Below are positions 54,253-63,724 of a stretch of 64,000 nucleotides of DNA, in pieces (position 1 is the stretch's first letter; each line of letters opens with the position of its first letter). The notes below the pieces were generated by a model. The model searched no databases. It was given only the letters and a program-made list of their open reading frames with translations, and was not told where the DNA came from. The stretch covers positions 227,868 to 291,867 of IMG/VR virus record IMGVR_UViG_3300034117_001582; one strand, written 5' to 3'. The position numbers and the translations under genes were made by a program.

Positions 54253-54279
54253 AACGTTTAGTTTTATAAATAAATAGTC

Positions 54280-54873
54280 TTAACTTTTAATAATGTATTT
54301 AGTAAAGTCAGTGGATAAAGGTTTTTCATTTTTGAAGTAATATTTCTCCATTTTATTACCATATTTTATTGTTTTAATATACCCATCAGGAACTGTTGCC
54401 CCTGTTGGTAAAACAATTGATTTTTTAGAAAATATACATCTGATTTCAACGACAACATTTTTACCTGTTTTTGCTAATTCCCTTTCTCTAACTTCTAATA
54501 ATCTCCAAGTCGTTCTATTTAAGTTTTCTTGTTGTAATGAACAATTTAGATAAGTGAACGTTTTAAATAATAAATCTTTTGTGCAATTAAAGTCAGCCGC
54601 TGGTGCCATATGACCTTTATCATATGAATTATTAAAATAATCTTTATCATCAGAGGTAAGTATTGAATCACAAGTATAGAAATCCATCCCTGTTCTTGGT
54701 GCCGATCCATTAGGACATTGTACCGTATACCGAATAAACTTTGGTTGTTGTAATTTCTCTGAATAAACAATCTCAAACATATCTGTTTTAATATAGATAG
54801 AATCTCTTAACGTCTTCTGACTGAATACGAATAATGGTAATGTTAATAATAGTGTTAATAATAATTTTTTCAT
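54280..54873 (-). CDS. Secreted DNA/RNA non-specific endonuclease (His-Me finger)
   Basis: Signal peptide; YDKGHMAPAAD, TF.YLN..LQ..NLNR..W..LE. Confidence 0.92.
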   Translation of the reverse strand: MKKLLLTLLLTLPLFVFSQKTLRDSIYIKTDMFEIVYSEKLQQPKFIRYTVQCPNGSAPRTGMDFYTCDSILTSDDKDYFNNSYDKGHMAPAADFNCTKDLLFKTFTYLNCSLQQENLNRTTWRLLEVRERELAKTGKNVVVEIRCIFSKKSIVLPTGATVPDGYIKTIKYGNKMEKYYFKNEKPLSTDFTKYIIKS

Positions 54874-54878
54874 ATCAG

Positions 54879-55751
54879 TTAAAGTTGGAATCTTGTACCT
54901 ATCATAAATAAAATAGGATTACTTTTTTTATACGTTGTAATTGTTTTATCTATTGTGTTGTTTAATCTAAAGTTTGTATTTAAAACAAATTTATTAGTAA
55001 TTTTCCAATTCATAGAAATTCCGTAATAAATGTCTAAGTTGAAATTTTCAAAATACCCAATATTTAAATCATCGCTTTTAAACACTTTATAAATATCTCC
55101 TGTGGTAAATATCTGTGGTGAAATATCAACGATTTTCGTCTTTATCGGGTAAGTATACATTAACATAACTCTAATTGTTAGTTGAGTTGATGGTGGGTTT
55201 ATTGGGTAAATATTCTCAACCCAATTACCACTTGAATCAACCACAAACTGACCTTCCCAAGGACCTTCCCACTCACCCCAAAATGTTTTTGATGTTATAA
55301 AATTGTAACCAAACTTTCCAAATTTTTTAGTGTTGATTACATCAATAAATGATACGGTTATATTTTTTTGGAAAACAAAATCACAAGACCCAATTGTTTG
55401 TAATGTAATTACCCTATTTTTTTTTGTTTTTGAAATCCCATATCCAATCCCATAATACTTCCATATTGGGTTTATTGATGTTATAAATGCGTGATTCCAT
55501 TTTTGAGTGTTTGATGTTATATTATAACTTAAATTAAGAGTTGTTGATAAACGATTATTAACATAACCTAAAGATATGTCAGATGAAGAAAGTATGTCTT
55601 TTGAATAATCAACGTAAGATTGGGTAGTCCCTAAATTATTCCATTTTGAGTTATAATCAAATAGTTCTTGTGGTGTTAATTTAATAGTATCTTGAGCTTG
55701 AAGTAAAAACCCCAAAAAAGACAAAATAAAAAGTAATGTTAGTTTTTTCAT
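54879..55751 (-). CDS. Outer-membrane beta-barrel-like protein
   Basis: Signal peptide; alternating aromatic strands; ends MIGTRFQL. Confidence 0.65.
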   Translation of the reverse strand: MKKLTLLFILSFLGFLLQAQDTIKLTPQELFDYNSKWNNLGTTQSYVDYSKDILSSSDISLGYVNNRLSTTLNLSYNITSNTQKWNHAFITSINPIWKYYGIGYGISKTKKNRVITLQTIGSCDFVFQKNITVSFIDVINTKKFGKFGYNFITSKTFWGEWEGPWEGQFVVDSSGNWVENIYPINPPSTQLTIRVMLMYTYPIKTKIVDISPQIFTTGDIYKVFKSDDLNIGYFENFNLDIYYGISMNWKITNKFVLNTNFRLNNTIDKTITTYKKSNPILFMIGTRFQL

Positions 55752-56758
55752 TAGTAATTTACTGTTGTTTTATATCCAGGAGCAATCAAGTAATAGTTTT
55801 GTGACCCCCCACTTACGGGTGAGTTTATTGTCATAGATGGCATACCAGGAATACTTATTCTTAGGTCTGTTGTGTTTGTTGTTAGTGTTGTATATTGTGC
55901 TGGTGTGAATAATTTAGATGGTGTCATTGTAACCCAATTTGTTAATGTGTTATACCTTCTTAAGTTAATATAATTTTGGTCAGCAATGTTTATTTTACCA
56001 TCGTAGTTCACATCATATCTATGGTAATGAATACTTTTAATGGCTGTCGTTCCCAAAACTAACTTTGATACCTCAACCATATCTGTTATTTGTAATGCGG
56101 TTACAGGTGTTGTGGCATCGTATTGTAAATACCACTCAACCGCAGGACTTGTTGGTTGTGAGAAACTATAATACCCCGACGCATTTGTATATGCCGTTTG
56201 ATGTAATACCCAAGAAGTGTATGTAACAATGTATTCAAATTCCAACACATACGGCAACGACATATTAGGTAAATCATTCCATCTTCCACCACCAACAAAT
56301 TGTATGTAATCCTCATTATTAGAGTTATTCGGTTCACCACCATTCCAATATGACCAAGAATATGGTTCTCCAGTTACCCATTGCCAAACACCTTCGGTAA
56401 CCTCATCGGTTAAACCAATCCACCCACTTGGCCATAATCCAAATAAAAAATTATTTTCAGCCAATGTAGTTGAGGTAACAAGATGTCCTCCCATATTAAT
56501 ACAGGCTTGTTTGGCCGCAGTCCAAGTCATTGACCCTGTTGATCTATAGTATGAATGTCCATTAAAATTATTTTGTGATGTAAACCCATTCATTACGGGT
56601 GTAGTTCTTTTATACAACTTAACAGGTACATTAACCGCACCCGTTCCATCCGCATTATAAATGTATCCCGAATATGTAAAGTTTTGAGTAAACCCTATAA
56701 ACGGAATAACAAATAACATTAACGTTATTATTGTCCTACTAACATTCTTGCTCCACAT
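55751..56758 (-). CDS. Secreted C-type lectin + dockerin-like protein
   Basis: TWTAAKQAC...GGHLVT, WIGLTD, W.W..GE, W..GEPNN..EDY, WND; DVNYDGKINIAD; start reassigned to 56758. Confidence 0.85.
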   Translation of the reverse strand: MWSKNVSRTIITLMLFVIPFIGFTQNFTYSGYIYNADGTGAVNVPVKLYKRTTPVMNGFTSQNNFNGHSYYRSTGSMTWTAAKQACINMGGHLVTSTTLAENNFLFGLWPSGWIGLTDEVTEGVWQWVTGEPYSWSYWNGGEPNNSNNEDYIQFVGGGRWNDLPNMSLPYVLEFEYIVTYTSWVLHQTAYTNASGYYSFSQPTSPAVEWYLQYDATTPVTALQITDMVEVSKLVLGTTAIKSIHYHRYDVNYDGKINIADQNYINLRRYNTLTNWVTMTPSKLFTPAQYTTLTTNTTDLRISIPGMPSMTINSPVSGGSQNYYLIAPGYKTTVNY

Positions 56759-58317
56759 GTTACCGTATAATTTAAAGCACTTGATTTCAAATCCCAAGCA
56801 CCACCTGCGTTTATGTTAAATTTAAACTTTTTTGTTATTTTAATATTTGTACCAATACTTGGTAACATTACATAAGGAGATTTCATTACCACATCATTAT
56901 AGTAACTCACATAAGGAGCATAAACAAATAGGTTCATTAATTTAATATCAAATCGTTTACCTATTTTCATATCATAAGTTGCCCCACCAATAACGGCAGT
57001 ACCTAAAAAAGATTCTCTATATACTTGACCATAAGATACGGTTGCCATATAAAGAAGTTTAAGTGATTTAGGTTTTTTAAATGTAAACATTTGACCTACC
57101 GCTATTGTTCCATATAATGATTTATTACCAAAAAACCCTACGGTCAGTGTACCTGAACCTATTATGATTGATTTAGACCTAATGAATGCATAAAATCCTG
57201 TTATGTTAGGACCTCTAAGTGCTGAGGTGTAATCAACTAAAACCCCAGAACTTCGTTTACCATCCCATCTCATTGCAGTATAACCACCCGTTAACTTTAA
57301 CCCCGACTTAACGTCATTGTTTCTAAAGTTAAACCCAATAAAATCTCCACTACCCACTATTGTTGGTTTACCACCTTCTTTAGATGTTGGTGTTGAGTTT
57401 ATTGTTGTGGTTGCACCTCCTGTTATATTTGTTTGTCCTCCTCCTTCTTCCGTTGTTGTTTGGCTTTCTTCCGTCTGATTATTTCCTGAACCAGACCCTG
57501 TACTCCCATTCCCACCGTTATTCCCAGTAGTCCCGACGCCGCTATTGTTACTATTACCACCATTTTCCGTTGTTGTTTGATTGTTTATTTGACCACCTAT
57601 CTGACCGCCTATCTGACCACCTACAGACGATTCAGACGACTGAGTTCCTGTTTCATTTGATCCACCTTCAGTTGTAGTTCCTCCTGTTTGTGTTGAATTT
57701 TGAGTTCCAACATTTTGATTAGTGGTTCCATTTCCTCCGTTTGTAGTTCCTTCATTTGATCCAGAAGTGGTTGTACCTCCTTGAGTAGAGTTACCTGTTC
57801 CATTCGTTTGATTTTGAGTATTATTGGTTGTGGAATTATTAGTATTTGTTGTATTACTTCCACTTCCATTTTGGGAATTATTCCCTTTTTTGTTTTTATT
57901 GCCAGACCCCCCATTACTTAAAGAACTAACAGCCCCTCCCAATATGTTGGTGGACCCACCGGCTAAATCAGATATTGACGATAATGAGTTTAGAATCCCA
58001 ATAACATTTAATGCGGTTCCTTGGGTTACATTTATTGTGGTACCTAAACCCACGATTTCAGAGCAAGGACTATTCGTACCATATTGTGAAAATATGTTAT
58101 TAGTCCAATTGTCAAATGTTCCGTTTGTAAAATCGTTTTGACTAAACGACCCGATTTCTCCGTAGTATGCAACGGTGACGTTTCCGTTGATAGGCACTAC
58201 TATTGTTTTTAGATTACCCGTACAAGGGTCTGTGTAACTATAATTGTAAGTTTGTGCATTCAGGTTTAAGAACCAAAACACACAAAAAAACAATAGTATA
58301 ATAACATTTAGTTTCAA
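56728..58317 (-). CDS. Secreted protein: Gly/Asn/Thr/Gln low-complexity linker + C-terminal beta-barrel-like domain
   Basis: Signal peptide; ~170-aa G/N/T/S/Q tract; amphipathic C-terminal strands. Confidence 0.75.
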   Translation of the reverse strand: MKLNVIILLFFCVFWFLNLNAQTYNYSYTDPCTGNLKTIVVPINGNVTVAYYGEIGSFSQNDFTNGTFDNWTNNIFSQYGTNSPCSEIVGLGTTINVTQGTALNVIGILNSLSSISDLAGGSTNILGGAVSSLSNGGSGNKNKKGNNSQNGSGSNTTNTNNSTTNNTQNQTNGTGNSTQGGTTTSGSNEGTTNGGNGTTNQNVGTQNSTQTGGTTTEGGSNETGTQSSESSVGGQIGGQIGGQINNQTTTENGGNSNNSGVGTTGNNGGNGSTGSGSGNNQTEESQTTTEEGGGQTNITGGATTTINSTPTSKEGGKPTIVGSGDFIGFNFRNNDVKSGLKLTGGYTAMRWDGKRSSGVLVDYTSALRGPNITGFYAFIRSKSIIIGSGTLTVGFFGNKSLYGTIAVGQMFTFKKPKSLKLLYMATVSYGQVYRESFLGTAVIGGATYDMKIGKRFDIKLMNLFVYAPYVSYYNDVVMKSPYVMLPSIGTNIKITKKFKFNINAGGAWDLKSSALNYTVTCGARMLVGQ

Positions 58318-59054
58318 TTTTTAAATACGCCTTTAGTAATAAGTCTACTAACGACTCTTGACGATGCCGTTTCCAATGCCTTCTTGGTAGTAATACCTAT
58401 CGTTGATTGATTGAATTTAACCTCGTCTGATATATCACCTAATAATGATGATGTTTTCACCGTACTTGCTTCACCAAGACCTGATCCTACAATCACTTGA
58501 CTTGTTTCAGCATCTACAAATTTAATTTGTAACCCTAAACGAGTTGTTTGTGTTGTTGTCTGTTGACCATTAACTTTTACAACCTCATCCTCAGATACAC
58601 TGAAATCGTAGACTTCAATATAAACAAAGTACTTCGCCAATATCACATTTCCTTTTACATCGATTTTATTAACTGAGATTCCTTTATCAGAAGCCTTGTC
58701 CTGAGCAATCATTCGTTGTTTGATGTCTTCCTTTTCTTCAGTAAATACAAATCTACCCGTATACTCCAAATACTCAATTACAATGTTTGTAACCCCCAAA
58801 CCAACTCGTTTGTCTTTAAGTTCAGGATATAGCTCATACAACTCCTCATTAATACCAATCTTTAATAATTGGATGGGTACTTGTATTGTATCAGTATAAT
58901 TTGCAACATCATTAATAGATTGTTTCTTTTCAAATTCAGCCTGATATTGTTCAGTCTTTACAGAACCAATACCCCCACTGGTTTGTGGGGGTTGGGCTTG
59001 TACTGTTTTACATCCAATCAGAAATAGTGATAATATGTAAAGTATTTTTCTCAT
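58314..59054 (-). CDS. CsgG-like (curli assembly/transport family) lipoprotein
   Basis: LIG-C lipobox; LG.TN...EYL..TGRF..TE; A.YFV...V.DF; LQ.KFVDAET.Q.I.GSG. Confidence 0.7.
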   Translation of the reverse strand: MRKILYILSLFLIGCKTVQAQPPQTSGGIGSVKTEQYQAEFEKKQSINDVANYTDTIQVPIQLLKIGINEELYELYPELKDKRVGLGVTNIVIEYLEYTGRFVFTEEKEDIKQRMIAQDKASDKGISVNKIDVKGNVILAKYFVYIEVYDFSVSEDEVVKVNGQQTTTQTTRLGLQIKFVDAETSQVIVGSGLGEASTVKTSSLLGDISDEVKFNQSTIGITTKKALETASSRVVSRLITKGVFKN

Positions 59055-59099
59055 AATGTGTAAAGTATTTTTCTAATAATATGTAAAGTGGATTTTTTA

Positions 59100-59381
59100 T
59101 TATCCCTCTACTTCTTCGTCTTTATCTTTGTTTTTACCAGCAAAGTATTTATCAACAGACGCAATACCAAATGAACCTAAAGTTATCCATAAAAACCCAT
59201 CATAGATAAATTGATTTATTGGCATTTCTTGTCCGTGTAATCCCGTCCATATATCAACACCAAGACAAATAACCATCATGATAAATGACCCAAAACCTAC
59301 TATCGATTTTTCATTAATGTCGTTATGATCCATAAACATTCTTACTAAGAATGATTTCTTTTTTGTTTTCTTTTCTACCAT
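59100..59381 (-). CDS. Two-TM membrane protein, holin-like
   Basis: Two TM helices, charged C-terminus. Confidence 0.55.
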   Translation of the reverse strand: MVEKKTKKKSFLVRMFMDHNDINEKSIVGFGSFIMMVICLGVDIWTGLHGQEMPINQFIYDGFLWITLGSFGIASVDKYFAGKNKDKDEEVEG

Positions 59382-59418
59382 TTTAATTTTAATTTTAATT
59401 GTTTATTTTAATTGTTTA

Positions 59419-59751
59419 TTACCAAGATTCTTCCTCTTTTTTAGGTTGAGGTTGAACCGGTTGGGGATTAGATGCGGGTTTCTCAATAACTCTTTCATGA
59501 ATTACTGTATTACCCCCATTGTTTTCAGTTTTTTGTTTATTTTCTTGGTTTTGTTCCACATTAATAGTGATTGGTGCTTGACCTCCACTTTGTTCTGTTT
59601 TAGTTTCTTCTTTTGGTTCTTCATGACTACCAAATAATGTAACACCTAACCATGTACCCCCACCAGCAATTACTGTTGTTAATGTACCAATAATTGTTTT
59701 TTTCAAACCTGACCATGTTCCGTCATTGGTCTCTTGTGCTTCTTCTGACAT
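59419..59751 (-). CDS. Single-TM protein with polar tail
   Basis: IIGTLTTVIAGGGTWLGVTLFG. Confidence 0.75.
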   Translation of the reverse strand: MSEEAQETNDGTWSGLKKTIIGTLTTVIAGGGTWLGVTLFGSHEEPKEETKTEQSGGQAPITINVEQNQENKQKTENNGGNTVIHERVIEKPASNPQPVQPQPKKEEESW

Positions 59752-59772
59752 TTTTTGTTTTTATTTATTTGT

Positions 59773-61683
59773 TTATTGTTTTACTATTCTTTCAAATGAT
59801 GGAACACCATTTTCTACAGTAAGTTTAACTATATATACACCAGGAGCTAATTGTCCTAAATCTTTAGTGTAGTTATAAACTCCGTTAGGAATTTGTGTAT
59901 CCAAAATTGTAACTAACTTTCTACCCACAATATCATAAATTGATAACGTAGCGTTTGTAGTTTCTTCAACTTTAAAAGTGATGTTAACCTCATCTTGATA
60001 TGGGTTAGGATAAACTTCCATGTTGTTACCATTTAGAATTTTTCCACCTTCCATCTTTAATACTTGAAGGATTCCATTTGTAGGAGTTAAAGTTAAATCT
60101 TTAGATAATGTATTTCCTGCAAATTTTCTTGTAGTATATAATGGACTTGCTTCCCATAAGTTTTGTGGTTGTAACGCCAAGAATTGTAATGTAACTACTT
60201 GGTCACCATCTTTTAATGTGTTCGTATTATTTGTTGGGTCAAATCCACCCCAATCAATTTCATTATCATTTGGGTTAACATATGTAATCCATTTCATAGC
60301 ACCTGCCGAAGAAATTATCCCTTTAAATTCTAATAATGTGTCATCATATATAAAACCAAATTGTAATGAACTTAACTCTACCCCGTTAGTATTAACTTTA
60401 ACGGGAAGTTCAACCAAGTTTCCAGCTTGTACTGAAATGTGTGGTACGTTTACCTCAATAGATTGTGTAGGGAAATCGTATTCAACTTTAGTGTCGATAA
60501 CATTATAGATTTGATTCTCTAAACCAGGTGCCGGTCCAACAACCACTTCAATAGGTGTAACACGAGCCATATGATAACCTGTACCATTTGCGTCACCCGG
60601 TACCATTACATAATAAACAACTGAATCAGGTTGACCCGGTAATATATTAAATGTAAAGTTGGTGACTCCACCAATTGTTGATGTGTAGTTAGTTGCCGAT
60701 CCGTTAATTGTTGTGTATTCTGATGATGTAAAGAATTTAACATCTTTAGTGTTGTTAGGCCACTGAGTAAATCTACCTGACACTCTACCAAACACACCCC
60801 ATACGTCAGATATTGTTGTACCATATGATCCATTAACATCTGCAGTATAGTAGTTAAATCCTGTCATAGTACCGTTGCCCAATACCCACTGATTGATTAA
60901 TTGAGCATCTGTTGATGAGATAACATTACCCACACCCATACTATCACCTTGAACCGCTAAACGAACATCCCAAAAAGTAGTATCCAATGGAACTGAAATT
61001 GCAAAATCTCCGTCGTTATCTGTTATATATGTAGAGTGTTGTGTCCAAGTATTACTACCTAATGGTTTCTTTTCTAAAGCTAAAGTTAAAGTTTTTGCTC
61101 CCGTACCGGTTACGTTTGTAAATGTTCCGTGATACGCAAAGTTTACAGGTGTAAACACACCACCATAGTTATGAACACTTAAAGTAGTATCCATACCATC
61201 TTGTTTTGCGGCATATGGTGTGAAAGTTTGAGCTCCTGTCCATGTTAAGTTACTTATGGATGCTAAGTTGTTGAAAGTAGCCGCAGGTGCATGAGTAAAT
61301 GTAATTAAGAATTTTTCACCATTTGGTACTGTGTACGCCGCACTTGGTCCTGTGTAACTTAAAGTAACGGTAATATAACCATTCACAGTATTTGTTATAT
61401 ACTGAAGGTCTAAGTTGGTTGATGATCCGATTAATGTTACGGCAGCATTTGTAAATGCAATATTATCGTAAAACACTCGGAATTGAACCCCCGCAAATTT
61501 TGTAAGGGTTGTATTTTGTAATGTGATTTTTGCTTGGGTCGTTCCCTGAGCAGTAGTTCCTACTTGATATTGTGATGCGATGATACCCCACAAACCATTA
61601 GATGGTGCTGCGGGTACCTGTGCAAAAACGAATAAAGGAGATAAAAGAACTAAGGTTAATAGTAATTTAAATAGAATAGACAT
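59773..61683 (-). CDS. T9SS type-A cargo: signal peptide + cohesin-like + dockerin-like + cohesin-like + CTD
   Basis: VYPNP..D.VNI.F...ATLSIYDIVGRKL...LAPGVYIVKL (Por CTD); VQAGNLVELPVKV...SSLQFGFIYDD..L; ADVNGSYGTTISD. Confidence 0.88.
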   Translation of the reverse strand: MSILFKLLLTLVLLSPLFVFAQVPAAPSNGLWGIIASQYQVGTTAQGTTQAKITLQNTTLTKFAGVQFRVFYDNIAFTNAAVTLIGSSTNLDLQYITNTVNGYITVTLSYTGPSAAYTVPNGEKFLITFTHAPAATFNNLASISNLTWTGAQTFTPYAAKQDGMDTTLSVHNYGGVFTPVNFAYHGTFTNVTGTGAKTLTLALEKKPLGSNTWTQHSTYITDNDGDFAISVPLDTTFWDVRLAVQGDSMGVGNVISSTDAQLINQWVLGNGTMTGFNYYTADVNGSYGTTISDVWGVFGRVSGRFTQWPNNTKDVKFFTSSEYTTINGSATNYTSTIGGVTNFTFNILPGQPDSVVYYVMVPGDANGTGYHMARVTPIEVVVGPAPGLENQIYNVIDTKVEYDFPTQSIEVNVPHISVQAGNLVELPVKVNTNGVELSSLQFGFIYDDTLLEFKGIISSAGAMKWITYVNPNDNEIDWGGFDPTNNTNTLKDGDQVVTLQFLALQPQNLWEASPLYTTRKFAGNTLSKDLTLTPTNGILQVLKMEGGKILNGNNMEVYPNPYQDEVNITFKVEETTNATLSIYDIVGRKLVTILDTQIPNGVYNYTKDLGQLAPGVYIVKLTVENGVPSFERIVKQ

Positions 61684-61758
61684 TTTTTTATTTTTTAGGT
61701 TTAATTGATATAAATAAATATATCTTAAAACCCAAACTGAATAAAAAAATTCAATTTT

Positions 61759-62067
61759 TTATTTACTTTTGCTATCTACCCATTCCCAACCCAAAAATAG
61801 TTTCATACAGTTTCTATGTAACCAATTTGGTTTAGTCTCTAAATGTATACAAAATCGTTTTCCATTACCCATACAATAGCTTCCAACTGATTTTGGAATT
61901 TTTAATCCTTGCGATGCGGCAACAAATGGTTTTTCAGAATTTGCAACCACGTCGGTTAATACATTTTCTACATTTTTTGTTTTAGTTTTGTAATACTTTT
62001 TTTTTGGTTTTTTTTCAATTTCAGGTTTCCCTTTAGTAATTGTTTCTTTTAATATTTCTTTTTCCAT
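61759..62067 (-). CDS. Hypothetical basic protein
   Basis: 102-aa ORF. Confidence 0.65.
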   Translation of the reverse strand: MEKEILKETITKGKPEIEKKPKKKYYKTKTKNVENVLTDVVANSEKPFVAASQGLKIPKSVGSYCMGNGKRFCIHLETKPNWLHRNCMKLFLGWEWVDSKSK

Positions 62068-62089
62068 AATCTTATTATAATCATTATTA

Positions 62090-62329
62090 TTAATAATGTA
62101 AATGTTCTAATTGATCCTCATTAAAGATATGGAGTAGTCCATACTCATCCATCTCACCCACTACTCGGACATTACCATCTACGGTTTTGAATACCGATAC
62201 GATTGTACATGGGAACTTATATCCTTTAACTTTTACTGCTTTGTCTCCTACTTGGAATTTTGTTTTGTTTACTTGGGGGAAATCCCCGTCTGATAACACA
62301 GGGTCATTCCAATTGTTTTGTTCATTCAT
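62090..62329 (-). CDS. Hypothetical SH3-like small protein
   Basis: FQVGDKAVKVKGYKFPCTIVSVF. Confidence 0.7.
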   Translation of the reverse strand: MNEQNNWNDPVLSDGDFPQVNKTKFQVGDKAVKVKGYKFPCTIVSVFKTVDGNVRVVGEMDEYGLLHIFNEDQLEHLHY

Positions 62330-62331
62330 AA

Positions 62332-62565
62332 TTATATTTTTTCGTAAGTCATTTCAAAAATGTCAGGTTTACAAGGATAAAACTCGCCCATAACTCCTTT
62401 GATTATGTAGTCACCAATACTAGCAGTCATAGATCCCTCTAAAGTTTGAATTCTTAACTCTTGATTAGTGATATAAGACATGTTACAAAAATCAAAAATC
62501 TCTAATTTGTTATCTCCTGTCCATTGGATTGCGTCAATCTCTACCGGTTTCTTTCTATATTTCAT
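62332..62565 (-). CDS. Conserved phage protein (YRKKPVEIDAIQW...TLEG.M.A..GDYIIKG..GEFYPCKPDIF..TY)
   Basis: Widely recurring phage motif. Confidence 0.85.
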   Translation of the reverse strand: MKYRKKPVEIDAIQWTGDNKLEIFDFCNMSYITNQELRIQTLEGSMTASIGDYIIKGVMGEFYPCKPDIFEMTYEKI

Positions 62566-62572
62566 AATTTTA

Positions 62573-63724
62573 TTAATTTGATAATGGTGCCTTTATTGGT
62601 GGATGTGATTGATAATCTTTTAATGTAAAATCACCAACAACATACGATTCAATACTTGGTCTTGTTCCTGTGTAAGTTGGGAACTGATTTAGTGTTGGTA
62701 ATTCAAATGGTTCTCTTGTATGTGTTGGTGTAGTTTTTTTATATAATTCTTCTGTTATTAAAACATTATCCATTTCAAGACCAGTATTTTTTATTACCCA
62801 TTGAATTTTTTCTTCCCATGTCATTTGTCTACCAATCTGTTCTTTTGCTTGTTCAATGTGATTTAAATATAAATGTGTATCACCCAAATTACCAATCAAT
62901 TCATCAGGAACCATATTAACTTCTTTTGATAAGATTTCAAGTAGTAGTCCATAAGAAGCAATATTGAATGGGATTCCCAAAAATAAATCCGCAGATCTTT
63001 GGTTCCACATTAAAGAGATTGATCTGGTTGGAATGTTTGCTTCATCTAAATCTTTATTGGTAATCTTTTCTAAAAATCTTTCAACTTTCTTACCTTGCAT
63101 AAACAAATTTACTCTTTCACTTATACTCAACTCTCTTGTATAAACTTGAAATCCATAATGACAAGGTGGAAGAACCATTTGATCCAATTCACCCACATTC
63201 CAAGCATTAACCATTAATCGTCTTGAGTCTGGGTTTGTTTTGAGGTCGTTGATTAGGTTTTGGATTTGGTCTATTTGATAAGTATCAATAGTTTTTTCAC
63301 CTTTGTATTGTTGAAATTTAGTCCAATTACGCCATTGCTTACCGTAGATTTGCCCCATATCAAACATTGAATCGTGAAAAGAATGATTACCATCTTTTAC
63401 TTTCTGTTTAACCTCTTCTATTGTATATGGTTCTGAACAAGTAGTTTTGTAATTTTTTTCCCAATCACCGTCCCATATTTTACAATTATTTTCCCATAAA
63501 AACCTAATATCTGAATCACCACGAAGGAACCACAATAATTCTGTTGTAATTGTTTTGAATGACATTTTCTTTGTTGTAAGTAATGGGAATCCCTCACTCA
63601 TTTTATGACGGATCTGTCTACCAAACACTGAAAGAGTCCCAGTACCAGTACGATCCGATTTTGTAACTCCATTTTCAAGAATGTCCTGTAATAAATCTGT
63701 GTATTGTTTATCTAAGTTATTCAT
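62573..63724 (-). CDS. thyA: Thymidylate synthase
   Basis: DRTGTGT, FPLLTTKK, ELLWFLRG, SRR, LPPCH, NQRSADLFLGIPFNIASY, GDTHLY.NH. Confidence 0.97.
   Translation of the reverse strand: MNNLDKQYTDLLQDILENGVTKSDRTGTGTLSVFGRQIRHKMSEGFPLLTTKKMSFKTITTELLWFLRGDSDIRFLWENNCKIWDGDWEKNYKTTCSEPYTIEEVKQKVKDGNHSFHDSMFDMGQIYGKQWRNWTKFQQYKGEKTIDTYQIDQIQNLINDLKTNPDSRRLMVNAWNVGELDQMVLPPCHYGFQVYTRELSISERVNLFMQGKKVERFLEKITNKDLDEANIPTRSISLMWNQRSADLFLGIPFNIASYGLLLEILSKEVNMVPDELIGNLGDTHLYLNHIEQAKEQIGRQMTWEEKIQWVIKNTGLEMDNVLITEELYKKTTPTHTREPFELPTLNQFPTYTGTRPSIESYVVGDFTLKDYQSHPPIKAPLSN

Noticed and set aside
185-62393. Most plus-strand and nested ORFs in the track (e.g. 185..634, 647..859, 4894..5088, 8904..9116, 12025..12342, 24257..24613, 26568..27050, 40534..40902, 48497..48832, 57824..58141)
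   Set aside because: Antisense or out-of-frame shadows of better-supported genes; Ser/Leu/Phe-rich composition typical of reversed AT-rich codons.
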